From a virus (taxonomy: Duplodnaviria; Caudoviricetes), in IMG/VR virus record IMGVR_UViG_3300028635_000004, positions 1-64,000 of that record: DNA of 64,000 bases. One strand, 5' to 3'. The position numbers were made by a program, and so were the translations under genes. Under the pieces are notes generated by a model. The model was not told the DNA's origin. It saw nothing but the letters and a program-made list of their open reading frames with translations, and made no database searches. How positions within the stretch are numbered: position 1 is the first letter of the stretch; each line of letters begins with the position of its first letter. Shown piece by piece: positions 30,701-40,494 of this stretch.

Positions 30701-33398
30701 AAAGAATGAAAAGAGCATCAATGATAGCACACGTCTTATTATAGCAGAGGAATTAGTCAAGGGTCAAAAGGATATTGCTTACTTAACAATGTTAGTAGAT
30801 AACATACTTGATACAGATGATGCTGTTGTAGGCGCATTTGTTAAAGCACTTAGTACTATAGATGATGAGATACGCTTAGATATTGAAGAGAAGCGTTCAA
30901 ATTACTTCCTTATACTTCAAGATTATGAACGTTATATGACCAATAGTCGTAAGGCATTTACCAATTACATGGAAATGTATGACTTTATGCTAAGTCGTGA
31001 CCCAAAGACTGGTAAATATAATGGTTATATTATAACACAGTTTAGTCCAGAGTTATTGAAGAAACGTGACTCTATATTTGCAATGACTGAATTGTACGAT
31101 GAAGAGGAAAAGAAATTCTTCCGTAGCACATGGCTTAACTACAATATGCCAGTTAACTATGATAAATATTTAGATGCTCTACTAAATCATATAAAGTCAT
31201 TAGCTGAGTCAGGTAAAATAACTGAAGCCGAACTCAAACATATGTACAATCACTTAGCAACGGATAGGAAATATTTTGATGTTAAGTTTTTACTTGAGAA
31301 AGGTTATATCAACGAGGATATAGCTAACGATTTATATGAGTGGATAGGTGTTAATAGGGATTTATATAGGGAACCTGCTGAAGAATGGATTACAGACGAA
31401 TGGCGAGCACTTAGTAAAATACTTGAAGATAAAGATGATCCACGTAGTCAAGTATATAATGCTATCATAGAAATGCGTGATTTAGCAGATTCTATGGTAC
31501 CTGCTAGCAGGGGTATAAAGAATAGGTTGCCCGGTGTTATAAAACAAAAGGAAGAACGTGTGGGTGCTGGTCAACCTGTAGGTAGGTTAATAGCAGACTC
31601 TTTAAGAAAGACGTTTACTTTCCAAGTCGATGATACTCATAGGCATAATGAGATTATTACAGAAGGCAAAGAAGCATTATATTTCTTACCAGTACATTAC
31701 AATAAACCTGTTGTAAAAGTTATAGAAGAAGATGGTAAACAAGTAATACGATTTGATGAGGAGAATCAATCATTTGACTTATTTAGTATATATTTCTCAT
31801 ACTTAACATCTGCTATATCATATAGTAAGAAGCGAACTGTGCTTGCTGAAATTGATATGATGAAGAATCTATTGAAAGTAAGGGAGTTACCTAAAAAAGC
31901 TTCGTTAACCAGTGTATTAAAACGAGTTAAGGATGATCCATCGGATATATTAAAGATGGGTTATAAAGAACAAGCTGTTAAGGTTGGCGGCAATATATAT
32001 GAAATGTTTAATACATGGGTTAATGCTATATGGTTTGGTCAATATTCTGCGGATGTAGGTAAGATATTTGGCCTTGATGCTGGTAAGATAGCGGAGTTTA
32101 TTAAAAAGTATACGGCAGTAAAGTTACTTGGTCTTAACGTAATCCAAGGTGTAGCTAACGTTACACTAGGTGAATTCCAACAGTGGAATGAAAGTATAAC
32201 TGGTGAATTCTTTAAGGCTCCTGCTTATGGCAAAGCACACTTAGACTATTTAGCTAACTTACCAGGTATAGTTGCTGACTTAGGTTCACGTAAGCCGAGG
32301 AATATATTAAGTTTATTGGGTCAGCACTTTGACCTTATGGATATGCCAGAAGCAAGGCGTTTAGGTAAACGTTCAAGGATAGGTTGGTTATCATTAACAG
32401 ACTTTGCGCAATCAACTAACACTGCTGGTGAAAATTTTATGAAGTTTAAGTTTATGTCAGCTATGTTATATCAAAAACGTGCATATGATAAGGATGGCAA
32501 TGATATAGGTTCTATTAGGGATTTTTATACTACAAAATCATATAACAAGAAAGGTGAAGAAGTTGATCCGCATGATAATCCACATGAGGTAAGGCTTACT
32601 AAACTTGTATTTGATCCTGAAGGTAAAGTAGACTTAGTTAAATCTGAATGGACGCCGGCCCATAGAAATGATTTTAAACAACGATTAGAAGGGTTATTAG
32701 GTAGGATACATGGTGACTGGTCTAATTTAGCTAGGGCAACTATACAACATCATCCTTGGGTATCTATGTTATACATGTTTAGGCGATTTATACCACCTGG
32801 TTTCCGTAGACACTGGGGTAAACATCGTTATGAAACACGTAATTTACAGAGTGTAGAAGGAATGTATATTAGTACATTTAACTTCCTCTTTAAACCATTT
32901 ATAGACGCATTTAGGGCTAAGCGCAACCTTGATGCTGAAATAAACGATATAATCCCTTTAACGTGGGGTGAACGTTGGGCAATGCTATCGGATCATCAGC
33001 GTGCTAATATTGGTCGTACGGCCTTAGAAATAGTCGATGTAGCCATGATTATGCTACTCTATAGATTACTTGCTGGTGATGATGACGATGAACTATCTTA
33101 TGCAGATGAATTCCTCATATATCAGTTACTTAGGTTAAAGTCTGAAATATTATTCTTTATATCACCGGGGGAAGCTATGAAAATATTACGTTCACCTATG
33201 GCTTCAATGTCTGTTTTTGAAGACTTAGCTAAGTTTGCTCAACAAGCAATGAACCCATTTGAAGTATATGAGAGTGGCCCTTGGGATGGTCAATTAAAGA
33301 TATATAGGCGTTTGGTTAGTATGATACCTATCTACAGGCAAGCATACAGGCTACGTGATGTTGGTGATCAAATACCATACTTCCAACGCCCACAATAG
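27729..33398 (+). CDS. Large ejected protein (1889 aa) with zincin metallopeptidase motif
   Basis: HELYH at 28785-28799 followed by QEFVSYGLTD; helical C-terminal region; last gene of the + block. Confidence 0.75.
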   Translation: MIKCVNINHPDFDRLLKDSGMDPIALSAEMGVWMEENNTDEWPTLEQLGIIKKKSSFISDRFKDLLSSKDDIAIKDIEQFIKGLANTFSSKKYGGHYTVRRDDIMQVGFNQAQRARDIVAEINRIVPDLLYLQDNPIYYRNQQTGQYLINKDTGERVARGDVWTKVIISETALKRYLASRSQLSFDFDQPKGLSEDDVKSIEDTMPEFKGLIGDTLPMEFDQFENPEADPKLVNLIYAEAKKVGELLDGQGDTARPMALLDAIEDKVGLSEVNAEHKKLIQDSLGDLADIEFKIIKRIDLHSLAGGAFRKHIHDYGFTHISAKDNTRTIYLIKDNLDVPGHGTFDLLASTILHELYHGILFNAIDNPTSEAERELSNEVNKLFKAAKSQTTFTTHAAYKNVQEFVSYGLTDHKIVSELKDMKYNWWQRFIRAIVNFFTRFTDAGEGGKSLTYYDSLYNAVFGYISKQRTIKPVLNGEVTLAAGEPIKWLSGITGLRTTYENAKLIANNFNRTLKSYHNFLANVSPNEAEFITTEHGQNIMGFSGVPSDLIAKQKDLSKFKYNNVYATIREAVMNYEGRAKIVDKEALISMLENRFGKNAAVVTNVFVHNIDRRMYDVIDFVVVHSDDASKGSIVYSFVDFYESNGEMATFEDVVKLDKKKGLYKPMAWSDRLDMRLSWANIMFKHKFYVERQGPDILFDAHSLNVIPIAEDNEGNARLDGDITEVKMSGMGHFFWRDSFDKARAQAFEEYQSDIDIELSDEVEDYTKEYFNRIELEMHTLKEDQKLVYDAIKMLHRRGLVSRAFGRRLATVEISGLLKTLITEHEESQRAITSLVEYIYKELTKAFAMLQETDMQNKKINKNTLTAFYNMTKSFEIINDIASYFMIIEKDTPELKNLDLKIKESISCLAYIKTAYKNRAINLLVDFLAPYYSRIKNEQLEKYANDYRRFKYWLSRIEKGDERYTKYDYHRRVPSNFNPDFTEEEYVASQYKKNEKSINDSTRLIIAEELVKGQKDIAYLTMLVDNILDTDDAVVGAFVKALSTIDDEIRLDIEEKRSNYFLILQDYERYMTNSRKAFTNYMEMYDFMLSRDPKTGKYNGYIITQFSPELLKKRDSIFAMTELYDEEEKKFFRSTWLNYNMPVNYDKYLDALLNHIKSLAESGKITEAELKHMYNHLATDRKYFDVKFLLEKGYINEDIANDLYEWIGVNRDLYREPAEEWITDEWRALSKILEDKDDPRSQVYNAIIEMRDLADSMVPASRGIKNRLPGVIKQKEERVGAGQPVGRLIADSLRKTFTFQVDDTHRHNEIITEGKEALYFLPVHYNKPVVKVIEEDGKQVIRFDEENQSFDLFSIYFSYLTSAISYSKKRTVLAEIDMMKNLLKVRELPKKASLTSVLKRVKDDPSDILKMGYKEQAVKVGGNIYEMFNTWVNAIWFGQYSADVGKIFGLDAGKIAEFIKKYTAVKLLGLNVIQGVANVTLGEFQQWNESITGEFFKAPAYGKAHLDYLANLPGIVADLGSRKPRNILSLLGQHFDLMDMPEARRLGKRSRIGWLSLTDFAQSTNTAGENFMKFKFMSAMLYQKRAYDKDGNDIGSIRDFYTTKSYNKKGEEVDPHDNPHEVRLTKLVFDPEGKVDLVKSEWTPAHRNDFKQRLEGLLGRIHGDWSNLARATIQHHPWVSMLYMFRRFIPPGFRRHWGKHRYETRNLQSVEGMYISTFNFLFKPFIDAFRAKRNLDAEINDIIPLTWGERWAMLSDHQRANIGRTALEIVDVAMIMLLYRLLAGDDDDELSYADEFLIYQLLRLKSEILFFISPGEAMKILRSPMASMSVFEDLAKFAQQAMNPFEVYESGPWDGQLKIYRRLVSMIPIYRQAYRLRDVGDQIPYFQRPQ

Positions 33399-33437
33399 TG
33401 TGACTTAAGTTTCATTAAAATTTAATTATGGGTATGT

Positions 33438-33468
33438 AAAAAAAAGGGGGTCTCTTGACCCCTTTTTT
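33438..33468. terminator. Bidirectional intrinsic terminator at the convergence of the two gene blocks
   Basis: A-run, GGGGTC-tctt-GACCCC hairpin, T-run, between convergent genes. Confidence 0.85.
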
Positions 33469-34288
33469 ATTTCCCCTTAGATTTTAAGTAAATATATTTG
33501 CTAAGGTGATCACGCATAATAAGTACTATCTTATCTATAGTCTTATTGTTACTGCTCAGTATACTCTTATGTATATTGTCTATTAGCACAGGATCTCTGT
33601 ATTCTTTAGGTAGCATAGACTCTACAATAGTCCTAAGTATCACAGGATCTGTTACTTTAAACTCTACAATACTTTCAAATCTACCGGGTCTTTTCATTAT
33701 AAATCCTGGTAACCTTGAAGTATCATTTACTGTTGCAATAAATATTATATTCTCAGGACTATCTACACCATCTAATAATGATAATAAAGGAGCATCATTA
33801 TTACTTACAGATTTCTCAAATTCATCAAATACCCATACTATGGGTTTATCTGTGAATGTTCTAAGGTGTTGAATGATCTTCCTTGTCATTTCACCATCTA
33901 CTTCTGTTGTAACGATGCATATACCACCTTTTTTATCAACAATCCTTTGCCCAATTAAACCAGCTGTATATGTTTTACCAGTTCCTGGTTCTCCACAAAA
34001 CATCAGTCCTATTTTGTTTTTTAATTTGAGTATTCTTTTTGCTTCAGCCATAGCATCGCTAAGGTGAATATTAATCAAGTTATCAATTCGTTTGTATATT
34101 CCTGCTTTTACAAACTCTTTATTTACAAATGTATTAACTTTATTTAGGTATAATACTTCTCTTGTACCAAAGAATGTTTCAATCTTTTGTACTTTCAGTG
34201 AATATACACCTGGTTCTAATGTAGTTTCAATATTATCTATGGTTTCAAATGAAATCCTTAAAGAACCATCTTCTTCTCTTATGAACAT
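33467..34288 (-). CDS. AAA+ ATPase
   Basis: Walker A GEPGTGKT, Walker B VFDEFE, sensor ATVN, arginine finger RPGRF. Confidence 0.85.
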   Translation of the reverse strand: MFIREEDGSLRISFETIDNIETTLEPGVYSLKVQKIETFFGTREVLYLNKVNTFVNKEFVKAGIYKRIDNLINIHLSDAMAEAKRILKLKNKIGLMFCGEPGTGKTYTAGLIGQRIVDKKGGICIVTTEVDGEMTRKIIQHLRTFTDKPIVWVFDEFEKSVSNNDAPLLSLLDGVDSPENIIFIATVNDTSRLPGFIMKRPGRFESIVEFKVTDPVILRTIVESMLPKEYRDPVLIDNIHKSILSSNNKTIDKIVLIMRDHLSKYIYLKSKGK

Positions 34289-34312
34289 TCTGTTATCTTT
34301 TTGTTAGTTAAT

Positions 34313-34340
34313 AAAAAAGGGGGTATTATAACCCCCTTTT
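34313..34340 (-). terminator. Intrinsic terminator
   Basis: On the - strand GGGGGT-tataat-ACCCCC followed by TTTTTT. Confidence 0.75.
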
Positions 34341-34355
34341 ATTTGTTTGTATTAT

Positions 34356-35129
34356 TTAAAAACCATAAGAGAACTTTACATTACTGCTTTCTAAAGTTTT
34401 TAAATAATCTCTAGCCTTACCAATAGCACTGGTGGTATTTATACGCTTAAATTCTTTACGTCCAACAAATTGTTTATAAAGCTCTTCTGCGGCCCTAAGT
34501 ATTTGTTTACGGAATAACTTAGTGAATAAACCGCGCGGCCATACAATCCTTTCACCATCTTTAATAGTTTCGAGATATGCTATTTGCTCATTGAGTTTAT
34601 TAATTTCAGCAAGTCTTTCAGCTTCAACAATATTAGCGGCTTTGTCGAGTTTAAGATTCTCATAATCTTCTTTGACATCTTTTAATTCTTTATGAAGTTC
34701 TTTAATTTGATCTTCATAATCATCTACAATGTCATTGTGATATTTCCTATTTTTCTTCTCTAATGCCGTAATCTTGTCTTTTAAATTATCAATCTCTTCT
34801 TTCTGAGATTTAACAATTTTCGCCTGCTCTTTATTAATAGAGTTTTCTATGATCTTTACTAACTCAGGTGAGTCTTTTGAAAGCCTTACAAAATTGTTGT
34901 AGAGAATACCGCTTGGGTTTTCAGCATTTGTTAAATACACATAAGTGTTAGCTTCTGATACATCGTTTTCTAACTTACTTATTTCTGTATTAAGGTGTGC
35001 AATTTCACAATTGCGTTGTGTAACAATGTCTCGCTGATTCTCAAGTTCTCTTTTAAGGTCATTCACCTCATCAATCATAGATTTATACTCATTAAGAGTA
35101 ATCGTCATAGTATTAATTGCATTTTCCAT
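34356..35129 (-). CDS. Coiled-coil hypothetical protein
   Basis: Long E/K-rich heptad pattern; likely start MENAIN at 35129. Confidence 0.6.
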   Translation of the reverse strand: MENAINTMTITLNEYKSMIDEVNDLKRELENQRDIVTQRNCEIAHLNTEISKLENDVSEANTYVYLTNAENPSGILYNNFVRLSKDSPELVKIIENSINKEQAKIVKSQKEEIDNLKDKITALEKKNRKYHNDIVDDYEDQIKELHKELKDVKEDYENLKLDKAANIVEAERLAEINKLNEQIAYLETIKDGERIVWPRGLFTKLFRKQILRAAEELYKQFVGRKEFKRINTTSAIGKARDYLKTLESSNVKFSYGF

Positions 35130-35136
35130 ATTATTG

Positions 35137-35523
35137 TTATTGTTTGTTAATAATGTTTTCAAATTCAAGTTTTTCGTCTACTATTTTGATTATCTCTTCA
35201 AAACTTAATGAGTCTGGTAAAGTTGATAATATTGCTTTTAATTTTCTTTCTATAGCAACACTGATGGGATATCTATCATATATGCGACCGAATATTCCCA
35301 CATTAAATATACGATTAGATATGCTGCAAGCTTTATCTTTAGCAAATTCGTTATCCAATCCCTTGTCTATAAGGAAAGATTCAATTTCAGCAATTGTTTG
35401 TTTGTATTTATCAGATTCCAATATTTCTTTGATTCTAACAGATTCTAAATCTTGGATCTTTTTTTGATACTCAGCATATAAATACATAAAAAGATTATTT
35501 ATTTGTGAGTCGTTTAAAGTCAT
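35137..35523 (-). CDS. Hypothetical protein (128 aa)
   Basis: ORF track; co-oriented with neighbours; A-rich leader. Confidence 0.6.
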   Translation of the reverse strand: MTLNDSQINNLFMYLYAEYQKKIQDLESVRIKEILESDKYKQTIAEIESFLIDKGLDNEFAKDKACSISNRIFNVGIFGRIYDRYPISVAIERKLKAILSTLPDSLSFEEIIKIVDEKLEFENIINKQ

Positions 35524-35562
35524 CTGATAATTGTTTTTGTTAATAAACGAGAAGTGCTGAGC

Positions 35563-36066
35563 CTAAAGACCCAGCACCTCTACTACTAAATTTGGCTTAT
35601 ACCAATATTCATCATTCTTTAAGTCCTTTACTGGGTCAATCTCAGTATATTTCTTATAGAATGCCTTAACATGTTTGTTAGGTTTATGGTATAAGATTCC
35701 ATATATAAAAGAATCGTCAGTTTCTTCCCAGAAACTTAGTATTCTGTTCTTAGCATCTTCGGACAATTTAGACCAATATCCTCTCAAAATATTGACATAA
35801 TCGTCTTGGTATACTTCGGGTAATTCATAGACAAATACACGACGACCAGCATCTCTATATTCGTCTACTTTGTTTTGAACTGGCAATTCAGTTCTTTCAG
35901 AATAAACAAGTATGATTTTATCATCATATTGTTTTTTGTTAAAGTCCGCTACATAAGCGTTAACAAAACTATTAGTAATGATTTGCGAACTTTTTGTATC
36001 CTTTGAGAATAATAGTGGGACTAGAAAATAAGTTGTTTGTGTATATTTAAGTTTTAATAAGTCCAT
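35563..36066 (-). CDS. Conserved crAss-like hypothetical protein
   Basis: ORF abutting the exonuclease gene; no catalytic motif recognised. Confidence 0.55.
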   Translation of the reverse strand: MDLLKLKYTQTTYFLVPLLFSKDTKSSQIITNSFVNAYVADFNKKQYDDKIILVYSERTELPVQNKVDEYRDAGRRVFVYELPEVYQDDYVNILRGYWSKLSEDAKNRILSFWEETDDSFIYGILYHKPNKHVKAFYKKYTEIDPVKDLKNDEYWYKPNLVVEVLGL

Positions 36067-36067
36067 A

Positions 36068-37051
36068 TTATTCCAATATATCTAAACCATTTCCTTCATA
36101 ATATTCTCTGGTGTACTCCCATAAATTGGTTTCAAAATGCCACGATAATCTGTTCATTAGGATTGCTATTTCATCAAATCCCTTATTCAACATATCATCT
36201 GTTATTTGATATACTCTTACATCATGAGGTTGCGTACTTTTTATAGCTACTATATAGACTTCAAATTTATAATCTTCTACGTCCATTTTAAGTACGTTTT
36301 TAATATACCAGTATATTGCTAATGAATAGAAAGCCATCTGTCTATGGTAATTGAATGTATAGACTGAATCCTTGAATGTCTTTAATGATATTGTAGTTTT
36401 TATGTCTACTAATTTTATAACTTTGTTGTTAGTGTCTATAATTAATCTGTCAATCATAGATTTACAAGGAACATGTTTATGCAAAGGATGTTCCCATTCT
36501 AACTCTAATTCATTGTAGCTTAATATACCAGCTTGTATTTCCTTATCAAATAAGAGTTCGTTTGCTAATTTATGGTTATACGTATTTTCAAAACACGTAT
36601 CAATTCTTTGTTTCTTAGCAAATGTTAATACTTCTTTATATTTTTTAGCTTTGGTTAAATATGTAAGGTAATCTTTTAACTTATCATACATATCCTTAGC
36701 TTCTTGAAGTATCTTATCGTCTGATTTACCTTTGGTTGAGTACGCAGTACTGTAAGCTAATATAAGCCTGTCTTCTTTCTTCATATGTGGCCTTTCCACA
36801 TATACAGTGCAAAATAGTTTTTGTTGCTCTGACTTTGGTAATTCATAACTAAGAACTGTATATGATTCTTTAAACCTCTGTGGTTCTAATATCCTCATAT
36901 GCACTTGCCTACCAAAGTCTAAGTATCTTTTATCAACCTCTTCTATTTCTTCATCTAAAAACTTTTTAAAAGTTAATGGCGATTCCTCGAAATAACTTAA
37001 AGAGTGTGAAGATACTGCTTTAATCTTGAAGTAATCCTTCTGTTCCGGCAT
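36068..37051 (-). CDS. PD-(D/E)XK exonuclease (RecE/ExoVIII-like)
   Basis: SHSLSYF N-terminal motif and CKSMIDRL...VDIKTT...YHRQMAFY. Confidence 0.8.
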   Translation of the reverse strand: MPEQKDYFKIKAVSSHSLSYFEESPLTFKKFLDEEIEEVDKRYLDFGRQVHMRILEPQRFKESYTVLSYELPKSEQQKLFCTVYVERPHMKKEDRLILAYSTAYSTKGKSDDKILQEAKDMYDKLKDYLTYLTKAKKYKEVLTFAKKQRIDTCFENTYNHKLANELLFDKEIQAGILSYNELELEWEHPLHKHVPCKSMIDRLIIDTNNKVIKLVDIKTTISLKTFKDSVYTFNYHRQMAFYSLAIYWYIKNVLKMDVEDYKFEVYIVAIKSTQPHDVRVYQITDDMLNKGFDEIAILMNRLSWHFETNLWEYTREYYEGNGLDILE

Positions 37052-37490
37052 CTTTATTCTTAATTAATTCAATACATTCATCTACATGCTTTTGATTCTT
37101 TGGTAAATATAAATCATAGTTAACACCTAATTGTGTTAATAAGTATTTAAATAATTTCCATTTTATAGGGAACGCATCATTAGGGTAACCCTTGCATTCT
37201 ATAATCCAACCTTCGTCATCATTGACAAAGTCTGGTTTATATGTTAATCCCCTAACTAAATTATTCTTTTCACCAAATAACCAATCCTTACCTTTCTTAT
37301 AAGGTTCATATAGTTTGAACTTATATGTAAATGTCGGAATTAAGTTATACGTGTAATTTTCATACTTAAATGATAACCCTTCTTCTTTCAATCTCTTATA
37401 ACAATATACTTCTAATTTGCTACGGAACTTAATTCCATCATATTCAAGTTCTGTTGCATTAGAAATCTTCTTGTTCTTCGACATAATCAA
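37020..37490 (-). CDS. PD-(D/E)XK endonuclease (DUF1064 / T7 endonuclease I-like, possible resolvase)
   Basis: YDGIKFRSKLE...YKPDF...IIECKG. Confidence 0.75.
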   Translation of the reverse strand: MIMSKNKKISNATELEYDGIKFRSKLEVYCYKRLKEEGLSFKYENYTYNLIPTFTYKFKLYEPYKKGKDWLFGEKNNLVRGLTYKPDFVNDDEGWIIECKGYPNDAFPIKWKLFKYLLTQLGVNYDLYLPKNQKHVDECIELIKNKDAGTEGLLQD

Positions 37491-37962
37491 TGGGTATTTC
37501 GTCGTATAAATCTAAGAGGTCCATAGTAGTTTCAATTGCATCTGTACTACCAAATCCCCCTTCCCCACGTTCTGTTTCATCAAGTTCCTGAACTTCTACA
37601 AGCTCTACTTTTACTATAGGAGATATAATCATTTGTGCTATGCGGTCTCCTTCATTTACATTAAATGAATCAACCATCGAAGCATTATATAATATGACTT
37701 TTATTTCCCCCCTATAATCTGAGTCTATTGTACCAGGCGTATTTAATACAGTTATGTTATTATTAAGTGCTAAACCAGATCTAGGTCTAATTTGTGCTTC
37801 ATAACCATCTGGTACTGCAATGTATAAACCTGTAGAAACCAATTGTTTTTCACCAGGTTGTATTACTATAGATTCATTTGCTTGTAAATCAAGTCCTACT
37901 GCACCAAGTGTTTTATATTCGGGCAATGGGTTATTAGACTTATTTACTATTTGTAGTTTCAT
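37459..37962 (-). CDS. dut: Trimeric dUTPase
   Basis: GLDL, RPRSGLA, GTIDSDYRGEI, GDRIAQ and RGEGGFGST motifs. Confidence 0.95.
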   Translation of the reverse strand: MKLQIVNKSNNPLPEYKTLGAVGLDLQANESIVIQPGEKQLVSTGLYIAVPDGYEAQIRPRSGLALNNNITVLNTPGTIDSDYRGEIKVILYNASMVDSFNVNEGDRIAQMIISPIVKVELVEVQELDETERGEGGFGSTDAIETTMDLLDLYDEIPIDYVEEQEDF

Positions 37963-38950
37963 CTTTCAGTAAAGATTTAATCAATTCAATTGTTTTATTT
38001 TTACCAAATACACATATATAATCGCTAATGTCTTTAACATTATATAATGAATAAACACTAGAGTCTATAAATATGTATTCTAAATTATATTCACCGGCAA
38101 GTTTAATAGCACTATCTTTGCCTGGTTCATCGTTGTCAAACAATATAACAATTCTCTTAAATCTTTCTGACAAATCTTTATAAATTTTGTGATTAAGTTT
38201 ATCGTTTTCTGATTGTAGTGCAACCGCATTATATCCTAATTCATATAATACCATTACATCTTTCAATGATTTGGTAATTATAAGTAGGTCTCCATTCTTT
38301 GGTAGTTGTTCATAACCCTGTATATCTATAGCAGAACAATTAGTTCTCCATTTATCTTTTCTATATTCTGAGTAAGGTCTATATATTTTGAACTTATCGA
38401 ATATTTTATAAGCATACATTGGGTTATCTTTTGAATACCTAAATGGTTGCAGTATATCATTTACCCAAAAGAATGTTATAGGATATACATTATATTTTTT
38501 TAATGTCTCACGTTCAATATGATATTGAGACCAATACTCATCATCGTTTTTAGTAAAATTTTGTCTTTTAATTGAAATAGACTTTCTTAACTTACTGTAT
38601 GAATTTCGTATTCTTATACCTTCGGGAGTGGGCTGTATAATACCTCTTACGAATTTATCATATATAAGTTTCAGTGCTTGTTTATTATGATATAAACCTT
38701 CTATTTCTTTTACAAATGTTACAATATTACCTGTTTTACCAGTTGCCTGGTCTTTCCATAATATAGCACCATTTGTTGATTTAAAGACACCAAATGAAGG
38801 GTGTTTGTCCTCCCTAAATGGTGAAGACATTATTTGTCCTACTTTGAATTTACTACCTAAATAATGACGATATACATCATATTCAGTAATATATTTAAGT
38901 AACTCTTCAAGTGTTAATTCTACTATGACATTTTTTGTGTTATAAACCAT
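37940..38950 (-). CDS. dnaG: DNA primase (TOPRIM)
   Basis: SPFREDKHPSF N-terminal domain; ITKSLKDVM and LFDND TOPRIM motifs; KDISDY. Confidence 0.85.
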   Translation of the reverse strand: MVYNTKNVIVELTLEELLKYITEYDVYRHYLGSKFKVGQIMSSPFREDKHPSFGVFKSTNGAILWKDQATGKTGNIVTFVKEIEGLYHNKQALKLIYDKFVRGIIQPTPEGIRIRNSYSKLRKSISIKRQNFTKNDDEYWSQYHIERETLKKYNVYPITFFWVNDILQPFRYSKDNPMYAYKIFDKFKIYRPYSEYRKDKWRTNCSAIDIQGYEQLPKNGDLLIITKSLKDVMVLYELGYNAVALQSENDKLNHKIYKDLSERFKRIVILFDNDEPGKDSAIKLAGEYNLEYIFIDSSVYSLYNVKDISDYICVFGKNKTIELIKSLLKDETTNSK

Positions 38951-38995
38951 AACTATACAGGGGGGTATTTCTACCCCCCATATTATATTAGTTAT

Positions 38996-39667
38996 TTAAA
39001 AAGGCAGATCGTCTGTATTGGGTGCGCCTGGTGCTAAATCATCATACATAGTTGGTTGTATACCATCAGGGTTATATTCTCCTGTGGCATCAGCAACTTC
39101 TATAGGTGTAGTAGCAAACGGGTTTTCGTTTGAACTAGTTTCAACATCAGGTTTATTCCTAACCATTTTATCTATTGCGGTATTTATAGATAATCTACTC
39201 TTCTCAACTTCCATATTTTCAATGAAAGGTACATAGTTAGGTAAAGTAGTATAATCGCTGTTATTTAAAACAACTTTAATGCGTACTTTCTTTCCTATAT
39301 AATTATTACCAAGAATAGCAGCAGACTTATTTACAAAGTCTTCAAAATTAGATGCTTCGAATATAAATTTATCCTCATCTACAAACTTTGTAATTATATG
39401 CTTAAACCGCTTGATCTGATTTAATGTTTTGTTTTCAAGTTTCTCACGATCTTCATCTGAAGGTTCGTATTCAGTATGGATCAGGATTTCTCCTTTATCA
39501 TTTATAAAATGAAAAGCAGCAAACTTGTTACCTTTTTTTGATTCGCCATATACAATCGGGTATTTGCCTTCTTCTACGTGTCTTAACTCTACATTTTCAT
39601 AAATGCCAGGCCCCATAAAATTATTTGACCTGCTTTCAGAGTTAATATCTTTCGTTACATTATACAT
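38996..39667 (-). CDS. Putative single-stranded DNA-binding protein
   Basis: Acidic C-terminal tail ending DDLPF; between AAA_24 and primase. Confidence 0.65.
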   Translation of the reverse strand: MYNVTKDINSESRSNNFMGPGIYENVELRHVEEGKYPIVYGESKKGNKFAAFHFINDKGEILIHTEYEPSDEDREKLENKTLNQIKRFKHIITKFVDEDKFIFEASNFEDFVNKSAAILGNNYIGKKVRIKVVLNNSDYTTLPNYVPFIENMEVEKSRLSINTAIDKMVRNKPDVETSSNENPFATTPIEVADATGEYNPDGIQPTMYDDLAPGAPNTDDLPF

Positions 39668-39692
39668 GTGCGATGTTATTAAAAATTCCTAA

Positions 39693-40349
39693 TTATTTAT
39701 TGTTAGCGAGTACTTTTCTAATATGTTGTAGAAAGCTCTGTGCGTCGTTAGGTATAATATCTTTGCCATCTTCAATAAAGAGTGGTGGAGTTTTAGCAGA
39801 TGTTTTACCATCTGATAATAGATTAAGTACATAATCTCTCTTACCAGTATCTAAATTTACTTCAGCAAATAAGACTATAGTAAAGTCTTTTTCTACACCC
39901 GTCTTATTCCACTCATTGCCTTTTACAGCAATTCGTCTTTCTGCGACGCCTTCTTCTGTTTCAACATTAGCAGAATGAGCTGTAACGAATATATCTTTTG
40001 GGTACTTTTTAATGAGGAACATTAATTTCCCTATCTCTTCGTTATAGTAATTCCACGTGTCAAAACCTTTCTTTATTTCCCTTGCTGTTTTTAGCAAGCT
40101 ATCTAAGTAAGCGGAAAAACTATCCAGTACTACTTCTGTAATCTCTGGGTTTTTGCCAAATTCGATAAGTTTCTGATATGTTTCCTGCCAACTATTAGGG
40201 GTACAGTAGTGTTTAAACCTGTTAATAAAAGGTAATGGTTTGCCTTCAGCATTTATGAATCCACATGTATTAGGATCCATATTTCGAAAAGCCATTGTTT
40301 TTCCCTTACCAGACATACCTACTATAGCAATCTGATAAGGTGTGGACAT
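39693..40349 (-). CDS. AAA_24 / Sak4-like ATPase (recombination)
   Basis: GMSGKGKT Walker A, VVLDS Walker B, VEKDFTIVL and SAKTP. Confidence 0.8.
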   Translation of the reverse strand: MSTPYQIAIVGMSGKGKTMAFRNMDPNTCGFINAEGKPLPFINRFKHYCTPNSWQETYQKLIEFGKNPEITEVVLDSFSAYLDSLLKTAREIKKGFDTWNYYNEEIGKLMFLIKKYPKDIFVTAHSANVETEEGVAERRIAVKGNEWNKTGVEKDFTIVLFAEVNLDTGKRDYVLNLLSDGKTSAKTPPLFIEDGKDIIPNDAQSFLQHIRKVLANNK

Positions 40350-40367
40350 ATTGTATGTTTTTAAAAT

Positions 40368-40483
40368 GAGTCATTCGTTAAGTAACCGATATTGCGTTCG
40401 GGTTAGTTACCTACCTCGGTGGCATATTCTGTGCTTTTGGACAGCTGTGAATAATCTTAACTATAGCCGCAATAGAATGACTC
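40368..40483 (-). promoter_or_regulatory. Structured leader upstream of the AAA_24 gene
   Basis: 9-bp closing stem GAGTCATTC/GAATGACTC, nested stems and a 7-bp pseudoknot pairing. Confidence 0.55.
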
Positions 40484-40494
40484 CTGGTTATTAA

